40,000 nucleotides of DNA from Erwinia phage vB_EamM_Desertfox. Positions within the stretch are counted from its first letter, which is position 1; each line of letters starts with the position of its first letter. The stretch lies in sequence record MG655268.1; one strand, 5' to 3'. The position numbers were made by a program, and so were the translations under genes. The notes under the pieces were generated by a model. It was not told the DNA's origin. It made no database searches and was given only the letters and a program-made list of their open reading frames with translations. Below, in pieces: positions 27,183 through 35,965 of this stretch.

Positions 27183-28670
27183 ATGATGCATGAAATGCAA
27201 GCAGCGCAACCGGCACTCGTGCAAGAAGGTGGTTTGACAGCGGTTGTGGGAAACCATGACCAACACTTCTTCATGTTGTCGCGTCCACCCATCATTGCTA
27301 ACGACTATGACCTCTCGATCGAAGCTGACCGACAAGCCCTGAATAACCATCTGCGGGTGAGTTATGATACGGACATGTTCAGTGTCAAGCCGAAGTGTCA
27401 GTGTGGACATACCAGCGGCGGTGATAAAGTTGGAAAGCTGTGTGTAAAGTGCGGCACGAAGGTCACTACCGTAACCGAAGAAGAGATTGAGTCTCAGCTC
27501 TGGTTACGCAAGCCTGAAGGTGTAAAGGGCTTCATTAACCCACAGTTATGGTTATTGTTCTTTGAACCGTTTAATGTCAAAGGGTTCAATCCAATGGAGT
27601 GGTTTGCAGACCGTTCCTATACTCCAGCCAAGGGGGGTATGGATTACAAGAACAAAGATGTGTACAAAGTCTGCGCGGACATGGGTATCGAACGAGGCAT
27701 AAACTCCTTGTACGATAACTTTGACGCTATCGTAACAAACCTACTTAACTCTCCGGTCGTGCGTGATCAGGTCACGTCACAAGAAGTGCTGCGTCAACGT
27801 TCTGATTTGTTTATTAAATACCGTGATCGTTTCTTCTGTGAACACTTACCGATGCCCTCCAAGCTGATGTTTGTGGTGGAATCCAATGCAACCGGTCGCT
27901 ATGCTGCCCCTGAGATGAAACTGGCTCTGGATGCAGCGTTAACCGTCTGTTCAGCAAAACGCCAACTGCATACGGTGCGGGATGTGCGCTTTAATGAAAG
28001 CATTGCGATTAAAGTGGTCCGTCAGATCTCGAAGTTCTATGCGACACATGACAGTGACAACTTTGCGGGTAAGTTAGGGTTACTGCGTAAGAACATTGCT
28101 GGGGCAAAACATCCGTGGACCGGTCGTTGTGTGATTACCTCGCACACGGGCGACCATGACATGGATGAAGTGATCCTACCACGTTGTTTGGCGATCCCGA
28201 TGTTGAAATACCACATCATCAACAAACTGCGTCGTCGGAACTACACCCCAACACAATGCCTCAAACTGATCCAGGCGGGTATTAAGCAAACCATCCCAGT
28301 GATCGATGAGGTGTTAGATGAACTCCTCGCAGAAAGCCCTACAGCGTCGATACGGGTATATGTGCAACGAAACCCAACCCTGCGTTGGTTATCGAACCGC
28401 CGGTTCCATTGCCGAACCATCAACCGTGATCCAAATGACATCAGTATCCGTATCAGTACCTTATCTATCAAATCCTCGAATGCGGACTTTGATGGCGATG
28501 AACTGAACGTGATGTTACAACTGGATAACGTCTCAGCGAACTATGCGGAAGCGTTCGGTTCACACAACTGTGTGCTGGACATGAACACCCCGCTGAAGAT
28601 CTCTGGTGACGTGGGCCTGCCGGGTACATTGATCTCGACCATGAACCGTTGGATGTACAGTAACGACTAA
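27183..28670 (+). CDS. Multisubunit RNA polymerase beta-prime-like subunit, N-terminal part (probably non-virion RNAP)
   Basis: Zn motif CQCGHTSGGDKVGKLCVKCG and catalytic motif NADFDGDELN. Confidence 0.9.
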   Translation: MMHEMQAAQPALVQEGGLTAVVGNHDQHFFMLSRPPIIANDYDLSIEADRQALNNHLRVSYDTDMFSVKPKCQCGHTSGGDKVGKLCVKCGTKVTTVTEEEIESQLWLRKPEGVKGFINPQLWLLFFEPFNVKGFNPMEWFADRSYTPAKGGMDYKNKDVYKVCADMGIERGINSLYDNFDAIVTNLLNSPVVRDQVTSQEVLRQRSDLFIKYRDRFFCEHLPMPSKLMFVVESNATGRYAAPEMKLALDAALTVCSAKRQLHTVRDVRFNESIAIKVVRQISKFYATHDSDNFAGKLGLLRKNIAGAKHPWTGRCVITSHTGDHDMDEVILPRCLAIPMLKYHIINKLRRRNYTPTQCLKLIQAGIKQTIPVIDEVLDELLAESPTASIRVYVQRNPTLRWLSNRRFHCRTINRDPNDISIRISTLSIKSSNADFDGDELNVMLQLDNVSANYAEAFGSHNCVLDMNTPLKISGDVGLPGTLISTMNRWMYSND

Positions 28671-28676
28671 ACTTAT

Positions 28677-28698
28677 GGCCAGGGGTAATTCCCTGGCC
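28677..28698 (+). terminator. Hairpin GGCCAGGG/CCCTGGCC
   Basis: 8-bp stem directly after the RNAP gene; no clear T run. Confidence 0.6.
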
Positions 28699-28721
28699 TT
28701 ATTACCGACGGGATATTTTTT

Positions 28722-29369
28722 ATGGATAATTTGCTCGAAAGGGGACGGTTTCTTCTTGAGAACACCGCAGCCGCCATGAACCCTTATCCTTACACGATCA
28801 TTTTCGTCACCACCCCAATGGATTGGGATGCCGTGGTCACTGCCATGCATGCTAATGATCCTGCAGCAAACATCATTAAACATAAAGGACAGTTCACGAC
28901 CCAACGTGATTACCAATATGTCATTTATCGAGATGAACATTGGTATATCGCTGCCGCGAACATGGGAAGTCTACCTTACAACCATTACTACACCGGTGCG
29001 ATGCTCGGCATTGCCATGGACCTGGGGCATGAGATTATTATCGATATCAGCAACCGCATCGGGAATGACGCGACTGCGGCCCCAGCGATAACGGCGATCA
29101 TGCACGATTGGTTTATGGTTAACTGGCGGGAAGCTGTGTGCGTGACCCACGAGAACTACCTGGCGTTTATTCCGGACGATGATTACTTGTACTTGAGTAA
29201 CAACAAAAAGATACTCGGGCAGGTGATTCGCGCACAAGAACAACTGGGATCACCTTTAGCATTGACGTCGGCGTTACAGCGTGAGTGTCAACGTCTGATG
29301 AACACCCAGGTGGTGATCGCACCCACAGGCTGGAACGCTACTACGTATTACAGCGGAGGTGAGGTATGA
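28722..29369 (+). CDS. Paralog 1 of a tandem family, degenerate zincin-like site (GHEIIID)
   Basis: Shares YTIIFVT..DWDAVVTAM, KGQFTT and C-terminal VVIAPTGWNATTY with the next two genes. Confidence 0.85.
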   Translation: MDNLLERGRFLLENTAAAMNPYPYTIIFVTTPMDWDAVVTAMHANDPAANIIKHKGQFTTQRDYQYVIYRDEHWYIAAANMGSLPYNHYYTGAMLGIAMDLGHEIIIDISNRIGNDATAAPAITAIMHDWFMVNWREAVCVTHENYLAFIPDDDYLYLSNNKKILGQVIRAQEQLGSPLALTSALQRECQRLMNTQVVIAPTGWNATTYYSGGEV

Positions 29370-30043
29370 CGTTTGCTGAAGCTGAACAGTATATTTACAG
29401 TCTCAGTCAAGACGGCGGGGTCTATAAACAAGGGTTCATCTTTGTGTTTGATCCCGAGTCGTGGGATAAGGTGAACAGGGCGTTGGATATCCTGGACAAT
29501 AACCGCGGGATCTGGGGGAAGAACGTTGGACAGTTCACCACCGCCGGCATGACGTCCTACGGGCCGGTGTCAGCGAGGCTTAAAGGGTATATCGTTATTG
29601 CCGTCCATTTCACGGGTGAGCGTAAGCTGTTCAATCCAGGGTATCTGCAGCATGTGTTGAATACCGCCACCCATGAGTTGGTCCATGCTGCTCAGTTCGC
29701 TGTTCGGGCGCAGAGCTACCATGATCCGTTGATTGCTGTAGAACCACTGGCTTACCTGACCGGTTGGTTAATGGAGAAATGGATTTATGCAGTGTGGGAG
29801 AAGTTTAACGTCACCATCTCAGTAACCCCTGCTACTACCGGTCCACTGTCGTACAACATCCTGTTTGACCTGTTGTATCGGTTCAATGAACAGCGGCTGG
29901 CGCACCGGATGGGTGATCTCACCATGACACAGATTCAGAGTGCTTTAGTTAGGGAGTCGATTAACAGCTTGAATAACGTGGCAGTGGTAAACGATATCGG
30001 TTGGTCATCAACGACGTATCTTGATGGAGTTAACAAGAAATGA
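29366..30043 (+). CDS. Paralog 2, putative zincin-like protein (HELVH)
   Basis: THELVHAAQF...EPLAYLTGW and C-terminal VVNDIGWSSTTY; ATGA overlap with upstream gene. Confidence 0.85.
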   Translation: MTFAEAEQYIYSLSQDGGVYKQGFIFVFDPESWDKVNRALDILDNNRGIWGKNVGQFTTAGMTSYGPVSARLKGYIVIAVHFTGERKLFNPGYLQHVLNTATHELVHAAQFAVRAQSYHDPLIAVEPLAYLTGWLMEKWIYAVWEKFNVTISVTPATTGPLSYNILFDLLYRFNEQRLAHRMGDLTMTQIQSALVRESINSLNNVAVVNDIGWSSTTYLDGVNKK

Positions 30044-30666
30044 AGATGCCGGTCAGTCAGTATGTAGATAAGTTTCTATTAAGGCTGTTCCCTTATCCGC
30101 GGCATTTTATCTTTGTCACCAGTGTTGCGGATTTTGATGCGGTGGTTACCGAACTGGCACGTCGGCAGACTGCGGCTGGGATTAGCAATAAATGGCTGAG
30201 TCACAGAGGGCATTTCAAAGGGAATGGGATTTGTGCTTCGGGGAATCAGATCTGTGTATTAGGTGCGCTTTATGATACCGGCACGCAGCTCAGCCCAGCT
30301 AACATCGCCGGGACGATCGGTACCATGCAGCATGAAATCCAACACATGTTACTGCATACCTGTGCGCAGATTGGTTATAACCCGATGCGCGAACACGAAC
30401 CGTTTACGTATTTAACGAAGTGGGTGTTTGAGTTGTTCCTGGCGTTTATGCGTAATTACCACGGCGTGATGATCACCGATGTGCAGCGGCAAGATACTGG
30501 TATGCTGAGTCGGTTGCAGAAGGGAGGGGCTTTTGAGTTACTGCACGCCCTGCCCGTTGAAAATGTTCGAGATTCATTAGCAAGAGAATCCCGTGCATTA
30601 TTAAACAACGCGGTGGTCGTCAGCCCTATTGGCGCATCCCGTTCCACAACCTATTTCGAATTATAA
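30040..30666 (+). CDS. Paralog 3, putative zincin-like protein (HEIQH)
   Basis: QHEIQHMLLHT...EPFTYLTKW and C-terminal VVVSPIGASRSTTY; ATGA overlap. Confidence 0.85.
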   Translation: MKMPVSQYVDKFLLRLFPYPRHFIFVTSVADFDAVVTELARRQTAAGISNKWLSHRGHFKGNGICASGNQICVLGALYDTGTQLSPANIAGTIGTMQHEIQHMLLHTCAQIGYNPMREHEPFTYLTKWVFELFLAFMRNYHGVMITDVQRQDTGMLSRLQKGGAFELLHALPVENVRDSLARESRALLNNAVVVSPIGASRSTTYFEL

Positions 30667-30673
30667 TTAACCC

Positions 30674-30691
30674 GGCCAGGGAAACCTGGCC
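30674..30691 (+). terminator. Hairpin GGCCAGG-GAAA-CCTGGCC
   Basis: 7-bp stem with GAAA loop after the paralog operon. Confidence 0.65.
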
Positions 30692-30714
30692 TGTATGTCA
30701 AAAAGGAAAGTAAC

Positions 30715-31416
30715 ATGGGTATGTATACCGGCGTCTCATTTCGTTTGAAGGTCAGAAAAAATGCACCCTTGCCGGTGTTAGAATTCATGGATAAGTTCTT
30801 CATGGAAGGTGAAACACTGCAAGCAGTGAAAGACCTACAGAAAGAAACGGGTATCCAGTTCCAATCCACAGCCATTGCATTACCGGGTGATCAGTTTCAT
30901 TACAGTGAAATTGCCGATATGGTCATGATGGTTCGCGGGCACTCTTCCAGTTTTGAAAGCTGGTACTGGCGTGTTAAAGAAGATAAGGGCGATTACTGGT
31001 TGTATGAAACCCGCGCCAATACCAAACGCCCTCACCATGACCTGGCCGCCAACCTTATCCAGGCATTATTACCATGTCTGGTTATCGAAGAAGGTGAGGT
31101 GGTGCTGCGCTCCATTTATGAAGACAGCGCCCAAGAACGCGTTCTGGCATTGGTAAATGGCAAGATTATTGAGGGACGTGGTTATGAGTACGAGGATGAA
31201 TACAATAGCCCGTGGAATGAAAAGGCGCCGATAGATTATGTCAAGGGTGATTTTGGTGCAATTGCACATATCCGCATCACGGAAGAAGAAGAGTTCACAC
31301 CACCTTGGACTTTACAGGAACTGCGGGCCGGTGAAGAAAAAGCACGGTTAGAGAAAGAAGCTGAGCACGAACGGATACGGGCAGAAGGCGGTGGTTTCGG
31401 TTTCGGTGGTTGGTAG
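30715..31416 (+). CDS. Hypothetical protein (233 aa) with Gly/Phe-rich C-terminus
   Basis: ORF with AAAGGAAAG upstream. Confidence 0.85.
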   Translation: MGMYTGVSFRLKVRKNAPLPVLEFMDKFFMEGETLQAVKDLQKETGIQFQSTAIALPGDQFHYSEIADMVMMVRGHSSSFESWYWRVKEDKGDYWLYETRANTKRPHHDLAANLIQALLPCLVIEEGEVVLRSIYEDSAQERVLALVNGKIIEGRGYEYEDEYNSPWNEKAPIDYVKGDFGAIAHIRITEEEEFTPPWTLQELRAGEEKARLEKEAEHERIRAEGGGFGFGGW

Positions 31417-31481
31417 TTTTAATTAATTTAACCTGACGTACAACACAGCAAACAATAACACAGATTAATTGAGGGTAGTTT

Positions 31482-32183
31482 ATGAACGGTATGAAGATGA
31501 TGATTGGTTCCCTGCCACTGAGCAGCATGATGGGTGGTAGTCGTTCAGACGCGGGGACTTTCAATCCTGCACCGCACGCTGTCCCTTTCCGCGCAGTTGG
31601 TGAGTACATCGCGGATGCGGCATTTGAGGATCGTGGGGTGTTGGTTTCTGCAGACGGGATCGTTGCTACTGTGCGCGCCAAAAAGATGACCTTCCAGGAA
31701 GCTGCAGATGCCCGCGGTGCAGCCACCGGACTGTATGCCATTATGTTCCCAGTCACTAACGGGGCAAAAGACGATACTGTCGTGATCACCACTACCAGTC
31801 AGGCTGTGTTGTTTAACTTACTGGCAGTTGAAGATCTCCCTGATGAACTGTTTGTGCAGTTTGGTCTGGCAACGAATGCCGCGACGGTGAAAGCCATGAC
31901 CAATGACAACAACGACCATATCCGGGTACTGGCCAATGCCGGCGGTATCGCCCCAAGCAATACCTCACCGTCCCATTTGATTGTGGATAAGCAGCGCAAT
32001 CTGATTATTGGTCATATTGTAAAAGAAGGTGATGATCAAGCAGACTTCAGTATCTTCGCCACCTCACGTAAATCCAAATCATCACAGGACTACATTATCA
32101 ACGTGAGTACCGATGATAGTGATATCATCAAGCATATCGTCCAGGCTACAGTGGAAGAGATTGCACTGGGAGACGCTGTCTAG
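31482..32183 (+). CDS. Hypothetical protein (233 aa)
   Basis: ORF. Confidence 0.8.
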   Translation: MNGMKMMIGSLPLSSMMGGSRSDAGTFNPAPHAVPFRAVGEYIADAAFEDRGVLVSADGIVATVRAKKMTFQEAADARGAATGLYAIMFPVTNGAKDDTVVITTTSQAVLFNLLAVEDLPDELFVQFGLATNAATVKAMTNDNNDHIRVLANAGGIAPSNTSPSHLIVDKQRNLIIGHIVKEGDDQADFSIFATSRKSKSSQDYIINVSTDDSDIIKHIVQATVEEIALGDAV

Positions 32184-32251
32184 TCTGTAATTGCAGACAA
32201 AACCGGCGGATGATATAGCACCAGAAATTAACCGGAAGTAGGAGTAAAAGA

Positions 32252-32899
32252 ATGTCAGTCATGACAGGTGGTTTTGGCGCAATCAATGCGCTAATGTCCA
32301 ACGGCCGCCCGACTCAGGGTGCCATGGAGTATTTTAACAATCAGTATCAGGGCATGCTGCAAGCAGCGCAGCAGGTGGGTAGTGTAGCGATGCAGCAGAT
32401 CTATCAGATCGCAACACACACCTATGAAAACCTGATGCAGACCCGTCCGTGGGAACTGGCAGAAGCAGCGTTGCGTCAAACAGTGCACATGTTTGACCCG
32501 AACACGGTTCGTCAGCTTCTCAACCTGGCTGATATGCAAACCGCCAAACCGATCATGCAGCGGTGGGTGATGGCGCAACCGGATATCCGTCAGATGTATC
32601 ATCAGCAGCGTATCGATGGTTACAGCGAAACGTATGAAGATGCCCAACCAGGGATGGTAGGTGCAGACCATTATGATTATCGTCGTGCAGCAAACGGCAT
32701 GTTGCAGTTTGCACACACTGAAGAGGTGCCGATGGCGTCTTGGCAGGCGACGACCTATTATGAGCGTCTGGTAGAAGGTGATAACGAACTGTCGTTCCAT
32801 GAGAAGCGTGACATCCATGTAACCTGGGATGCGTGTCTGAATCTGATGAACACACAGGCGTATGATCCGACCTCCATCTTCAACATGAAGCTGGCGTAA
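32252..32899 (+). CDS. Hypothetical protein (215 aa)
   Basis: ORF with AGGAG upstream. Confidence 0.8.
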   Translation: MSVMTGGFGAINALMSNGRPTQGAMEYFNNQYQGMLQAAQQVGSVAMQQIYQIATHTYENLMQTRPWELAEAALRQTVHMFDPNTVRQLLNLADMQTAKPIMQRWVMAQPDIRQMYHQQRIDGYSETYEDAQPGMVGADHYDYRRAANGMLQFAHTEEVPMASWQATTYYERLVEGDNELSFHEKRDIHVTWDACLNLMNTQAYDPTSIFNMKLA

Positions 32900-32907
32900 G
32901 TTAATCG

Positions 32908-32927
32908 GAGGAGGGGCAGCCCTCCTC
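32908..32927 (+). terminator. Hairpin GAGGAGGG/CCCTCCTC followed by TTATG
   Basis: 8-bp stem, GCAG loop; lacks T run. Confidence 0.55.
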
Positions 32928-32947
32928 TTATGCCGTTTGGGGGTAGC

Positions 32948-33172
32948 ATGGCAAAAAAGGAACTCACGATGAAGCGACTTCAGATAGACATCTCTGAACA
33001 GGGCTTTAGCAAACTCAATGCACTCAAGGTGAAAATGGAAACCACCGCCATGGGTAGCGTTGTCAGCCGCGCCTTATCGATTACCGATCGTTTGTTCACC
33101 GCCAAGGAAAAAGGCAGTAAGATCCTGATCGTGGATAAAGACGGCAACGTCACCGAAATCGAATTACTGTAG
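32948..33172 (+). CDS. Small protein, possible ribbon-helix-helix-like
   Basis: KRLQIDISEQGFSKLNALKVKMETTAMGSVVSRALSI resembles a beta-helix-helix layout; ATG 32948. Confidence 0.7.
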   Translation: MAKKELTMKRLQIDISEQGFSKLNALKVKMETTAMGSVVSRALSITDRLFTAKEKGSKILIVDKDGNVTEIELL

Positions 33173-33180
33173 AGGTTAAC

Positions 33181-33408
33181 ATGGCTTGGTCTAAACGCCG
33201 TGCAAAGAAACGCATTATTCATCTACGCGGTTTTCATTATCGGGTTGAATCACGCAGTATCGCAATCTGGGAGCAGTATCGCGAATATCATCAGCATCGC
33301 CCGCTTGGATCTGGCATTGGTCTGTTAATGTTACTTGATCCTGAAACTGGTAAACCAATCGGAGCATCCAATGGCCTTAAGCAAAACAAAAATAAAGCGT
33401 CGTACTAA
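33181..33408 (+). CDS. Small basic hypothetical protein (75 aa)
   Basis: ORF with AGAGG upstream. Confidence 0.7.
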   Translation: MAWSKRRAKKRIIHLRGFHYRVESRSIAIWEQYREYHQHRPLGSGIGLLMLLDPETGKPIGASNGLKQNKNKASY

Positions 33409-33655
33409 CGCGTACCATAACTACAAAACGCTGGTTGAACGCATTAGCTATAAATGCATGATAGCGCACATCGATGCTCAGGGCATCAAGCTTGAAATGA
33501 ACCGCACGGGTTCGTCAATTAAAAGCGAAGACGTCCCTGCTGCAAACGAAGCCCGTCTTGCATTGAAACGTGAAATCGTCCGTCTGCGAAATATCCAGGG
33601 CCGGCGTCGTATCGTGAACGCCGGTAAGATCAAAGCGGCAATCAGCCAGTATTAA
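33371..33655 (+). CDS. Small basic hypothetical protein (94 aa)
   Basis: ATG 33371; overlaps previous ORF. Confidence 0.7.
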   Translation: MALSKTKIKRRTNAYHNYKTLVERISYKCMIAHIDAQGIKLEMNRTGSSIKSEDVPAANEARLALKREIVRLRNIQGRRRIVNAGKIKAAISQY

Positions 33656-33661
33656 TAGAAG

Positions 33662-33688
33662 GGGTTTCGGCCCCTTTATTTTTTTTTG
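33662..33688 (+). terminator. Hairpin GGGG-TTTCGG-CCCC plus T run
   Basis: Classical intrinsic terminator layout. Confidence 0.85.
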
Positions 33689-33717
33689 TCTTGAATAGTG
33701 AGATTTTTAAGCTGTAT

Positions 33718-33735
33718 AAAATCTCAGACCTATAT
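33718..33735 (+). promoter_or_regulatory. Repeated promoter-like element AAAATCTCAGACCTATAT, copy 1
   Basis: Exact 18-nt match to 34324-34341; 44 nt upstream of the ATG at 33779. Confidence 0.65.
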
Positions 33736-33778
33736 AACGGCCCTGATAGAGTAATCTAAATTAACTTGTGGAGTCGTC

Positions 33779-34309
33779 ATGAAAAACACTACTTTTCTAA
33801 TTGAAACCCTGAAACGTACCTTGGAAGAGCTGGATCAGACAACGTTATCAACTGAAGAAAAAATTGAATTAACCACCATGGTTGAGAAAGAACATTTCGC
33901 TAAGCTGTTCGGTATCCGTGCAGAAGAAACCACTCAGTTAAGTGAGCGCGATTTCTCTAAACTGACCGGTTATCAGTACAACAGTGTTTACGCGGGGTTA
34001 GATTTGGTTGGTAATTTTGACTGGGTGATCACGGCGGATGGCGCAGTCGTAACAAGAGAAATGCCTCATCACGGCAGTAACCATTGGCTGCCACCACGCA
34101 GACAATTTATATTCAGACTGATCGATGAAGGTCGTGAAATATTTAATGAAGGCACTAGACTGCTTGTTATCAGAATTGAGAACACCATCACCAAAGAGGT
34201 CTTTTCAATTAACTTTGAAGTTGCTGATATTCAAATCGGCAGTGCGGTTGTTAAAATGGTTGAGCGTTATCTGTTCGATTATTACAGGGTCAGCGTCAAG
34301 AAACTGTAA
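33779..34309 (+). CDS. Hypothetical protein (176 aa)
   Basis: ORF. Confidence 0.8.
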   Translation: MKNTTFLIETLKRTLEELDQTTLSTEEKIELTTMVEKEHFAKLFGIRAEETTQLSERDFSKLTGYQYNSVYAGLDLVGNFDWVITADGAVVTREMPHHGSNHWLPPRRQFIFRLIDEGREIFNEGTRLLVIRIENTITKEVFSINFEVADIQIGSAVVKMVERYLFDYYRVSVKKL

Positions 34310-34323
34310 AATATGAGTTGCAG

Positions 34324-34341
34324 AAAATCTCAGACCTATAT
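34324..34341 (+). promoter_or_regulatory. Repeated promoter-like element AAAATCTCAGACCTATAT, copy 2
   Basis: Exact copy of 33718-33735, upstream of the gene at 34413. Confidence 0.65.
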
Positions 34342-34412
34342 GACTGGGGTGATAAAGAGTAGTGAATACTCTTAACCCCTAACCCAATTAACCTTAAGTA
34401 TGGAGTAGTATC

Positions 34413-34703
34413 ATGACTGTAACTTTCTCTCAGCAAATGCAGGTTGTCGAATCTATCGCTGTGATGCAGGAAAAAGCAATGGAACTGCAAGTTGCTACCA
34501 AAGCGTGTTACGACGAAGTCACCCGACTGGCCAACCGACTGGCTGACATCAACGATCCACTCGGCTTTCAGAAAGCCTATGAAGAATATCGTGCCAAGCT
34601 GGCAGAAGCGGATGTATTAGCCGATGCTACTCGCCTGGCTTACAACATGTCAGACGCTGCACTGAAAACCATCCTGGGTGAAGCTAACCCAACCTTTCAT
34701 TAA
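34413..34703 (+). CDS. Hypothetical coiled-coil-like protein (96 aa)
   Basis: ORF, helical composition. Confidence 0.8.
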   Translation: MTVTFSQQMQVVESIAVMQEKAMELQVATKACYDEVTRLANRLADINDPLGFQKAYEEYRAKLAEADVLADATRLAYNMSDAALKTILGEANPTFH

Positions 34704-34742
34704 TAGTTAATTACTCATCGTCATTACGCCTCGGAGAAACTC

Positions 34743-34952
34743 ATGAGCGATTTTATTAGCAACCTGTTCGAAATCGCTATTGCAGTTTCTTCTGTAGTGG
34801 CGATGGTTAAATTGATTAAATCTGATAATGCCTATATTGCAGAAACAGTTCGTATCATCGATGCCTGCGCTTCTTTACAGGAAGGGCAAGTAATTCAGGG
34901 CGAAGTGGTTAACACCAAAGCCCACACAACCAACTTATACATCACCCATTAA
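34743..34952 (+). CDS. Small putative membrane protein (69 aa)
   Basis: Hydrophobic IAIAVSSVVAMVKLI segment. Confidence 0.7.
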   Translation: MSDFISNLFEIAIAVSSVVAMVKLIKSDNAYIAETVRIIDACASLQEGQVIQGEVVNTKAHTTNLYITH

Positions 34953-34974
34953 TCTACTTGTAAGGAATACACCT

Positions 34975-35436
34975 ATGTCAAACTCTATGTTCATCTGCCT
35001 GTCACTGTTAGCGGTTATCTCTGTCTCTGGTGGTATCGCCTTTGCCAAGAGCCTGTCACCGACCCATGCCATGATGACCGCCTTTGCTTACTTACGTGAG
35101 CAACTCGGTGATGACGCAGCACAGTACGAATACGATAAACGCTCACACCTTCTTTGCATGACAAACCTGGTGGAAACTAACTATGCCCTGGTCTGCGGTA
35201 AGCACTTTGAACGCGCAGAACAAAAACGTGCATGGTTAGTTAAGGAAGCAGAAGAGATCCAGCTCACCCCGCGTCAACAACTGATGCTACTGGACTCCTT
35301 ACTGAACCTGAACACCCGTCCTGAACAAGCAAAGAAAATTGTTAAAGTACGTTCAACCAAAGAGATCGTTGACTTGGCTGCGCAGTATGCGAGCGACAAC
35401 CGTCGTATCGAAGCTCCGCTGGCCTTGTTCCGCTAA
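34975..35436 (+). CDS. Putative exported/membrane-anchored protein (153 aa)
   Basis: N-terminal MSNSMFICLSLLAVISVSGGIAFAKS resembles a signal peptide or anchor. Confidence 0.75.
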   Translation: MSNSMFICLSLLAVISVSGGIAFAKSLSPTHAMMTAFAYLREQLGDDAAQYEYDKRSHLLCMTNLVETNYALVCGKHFERAEQKRAWLVKEAEEIQLTPRQQLMLLDSLLNLNTRPEQAKKIVKVRSTKEIVDLAAQYASDNRRIEAPLALFR

Positions 35437-35470
35437 TGTAAGCTGTAGTGTATTGGTCACCTCATGACCG

Positions 35471-35504
35471 GAGCTCACCCTAACCGGTGGGCTCTTTTTT
35501 TTTT
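35471..35504 (+). terminator. Hairpin GAGCTCACC/GGTGGGCTC plus T10
   Basis: 9-bp stem with one G-U, then a T run. Confidence 0.85.
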
Positions 35505-35560
35505 GTCTTCTTTTTTTTGTTCGGGGATTATATGTAGTCCATATTAGCTAAGAGGACATT

Positions 35561-35965
35561 ATGGCAGAGCGTGTAGTTCCAACCATGTCCGTAACCGGGT
35601 ACGTAACCGGCGTGACTGAAACCATTGACCGGATGTTTGCCTACTGGCTGACCGCACAATACTCTCAAACGTATCTTGCGCGCGGTAACATCCACTCCCT
35701 TCAATATTTGATCCAGCAGTATGACGGTAACCCAGAACGTCTGTGTGATGCGGTGGTGAAAGACCTCAAGAACTATTTTACGGGTCCGTTTGATGCCGCC
35801 ACGGTTACCTGTAATCCACGCTATGCAACCAGTGAGCGTGATGAGAAGTTCTATATGCTGGAGATCGATATCAAAGTCTCCAATGGTGATATCGGTTATG
35901 ATGTTGGTCGCCGTCTGCTAGAGATTGAAGACGGTATCTTTAAACGCATTGTAGGTACTCTGTAA
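35561..35965 (+). CDS. Hypothetical protein (134 aa)
   Basis: ORF, first gene of a repair/replication-like operon. Confidence 0.8.
   Translation: MAERVVPTMSVTGYVTGVTETIDRMFAYWLTAQYSQTYLARGNIHSLQYLIQQYDGNPERLCDAVVKDLKNYFTGPFDAATVTCNPRYATSERDEKFYMLEIDIKVSNGDIGYDVGRRLLEIEDGIFKRIVGTL

Noticed and set aside
27183-28670. Group I intron or homing endonuclease in the RNAP gene (known in some phiKZ-like phages)
   Set aside because: The reading frame is continuous from the Zn motif through NADFDGD with no inserted segment.
32252-32899. Membership of the 32252 protein in the HExxH paralog family because of ASWQATTYY
   Set aside because: Only the short GW/SW-x-ATTYY-like string matches, at an internal position; the other shared blocks are absent.
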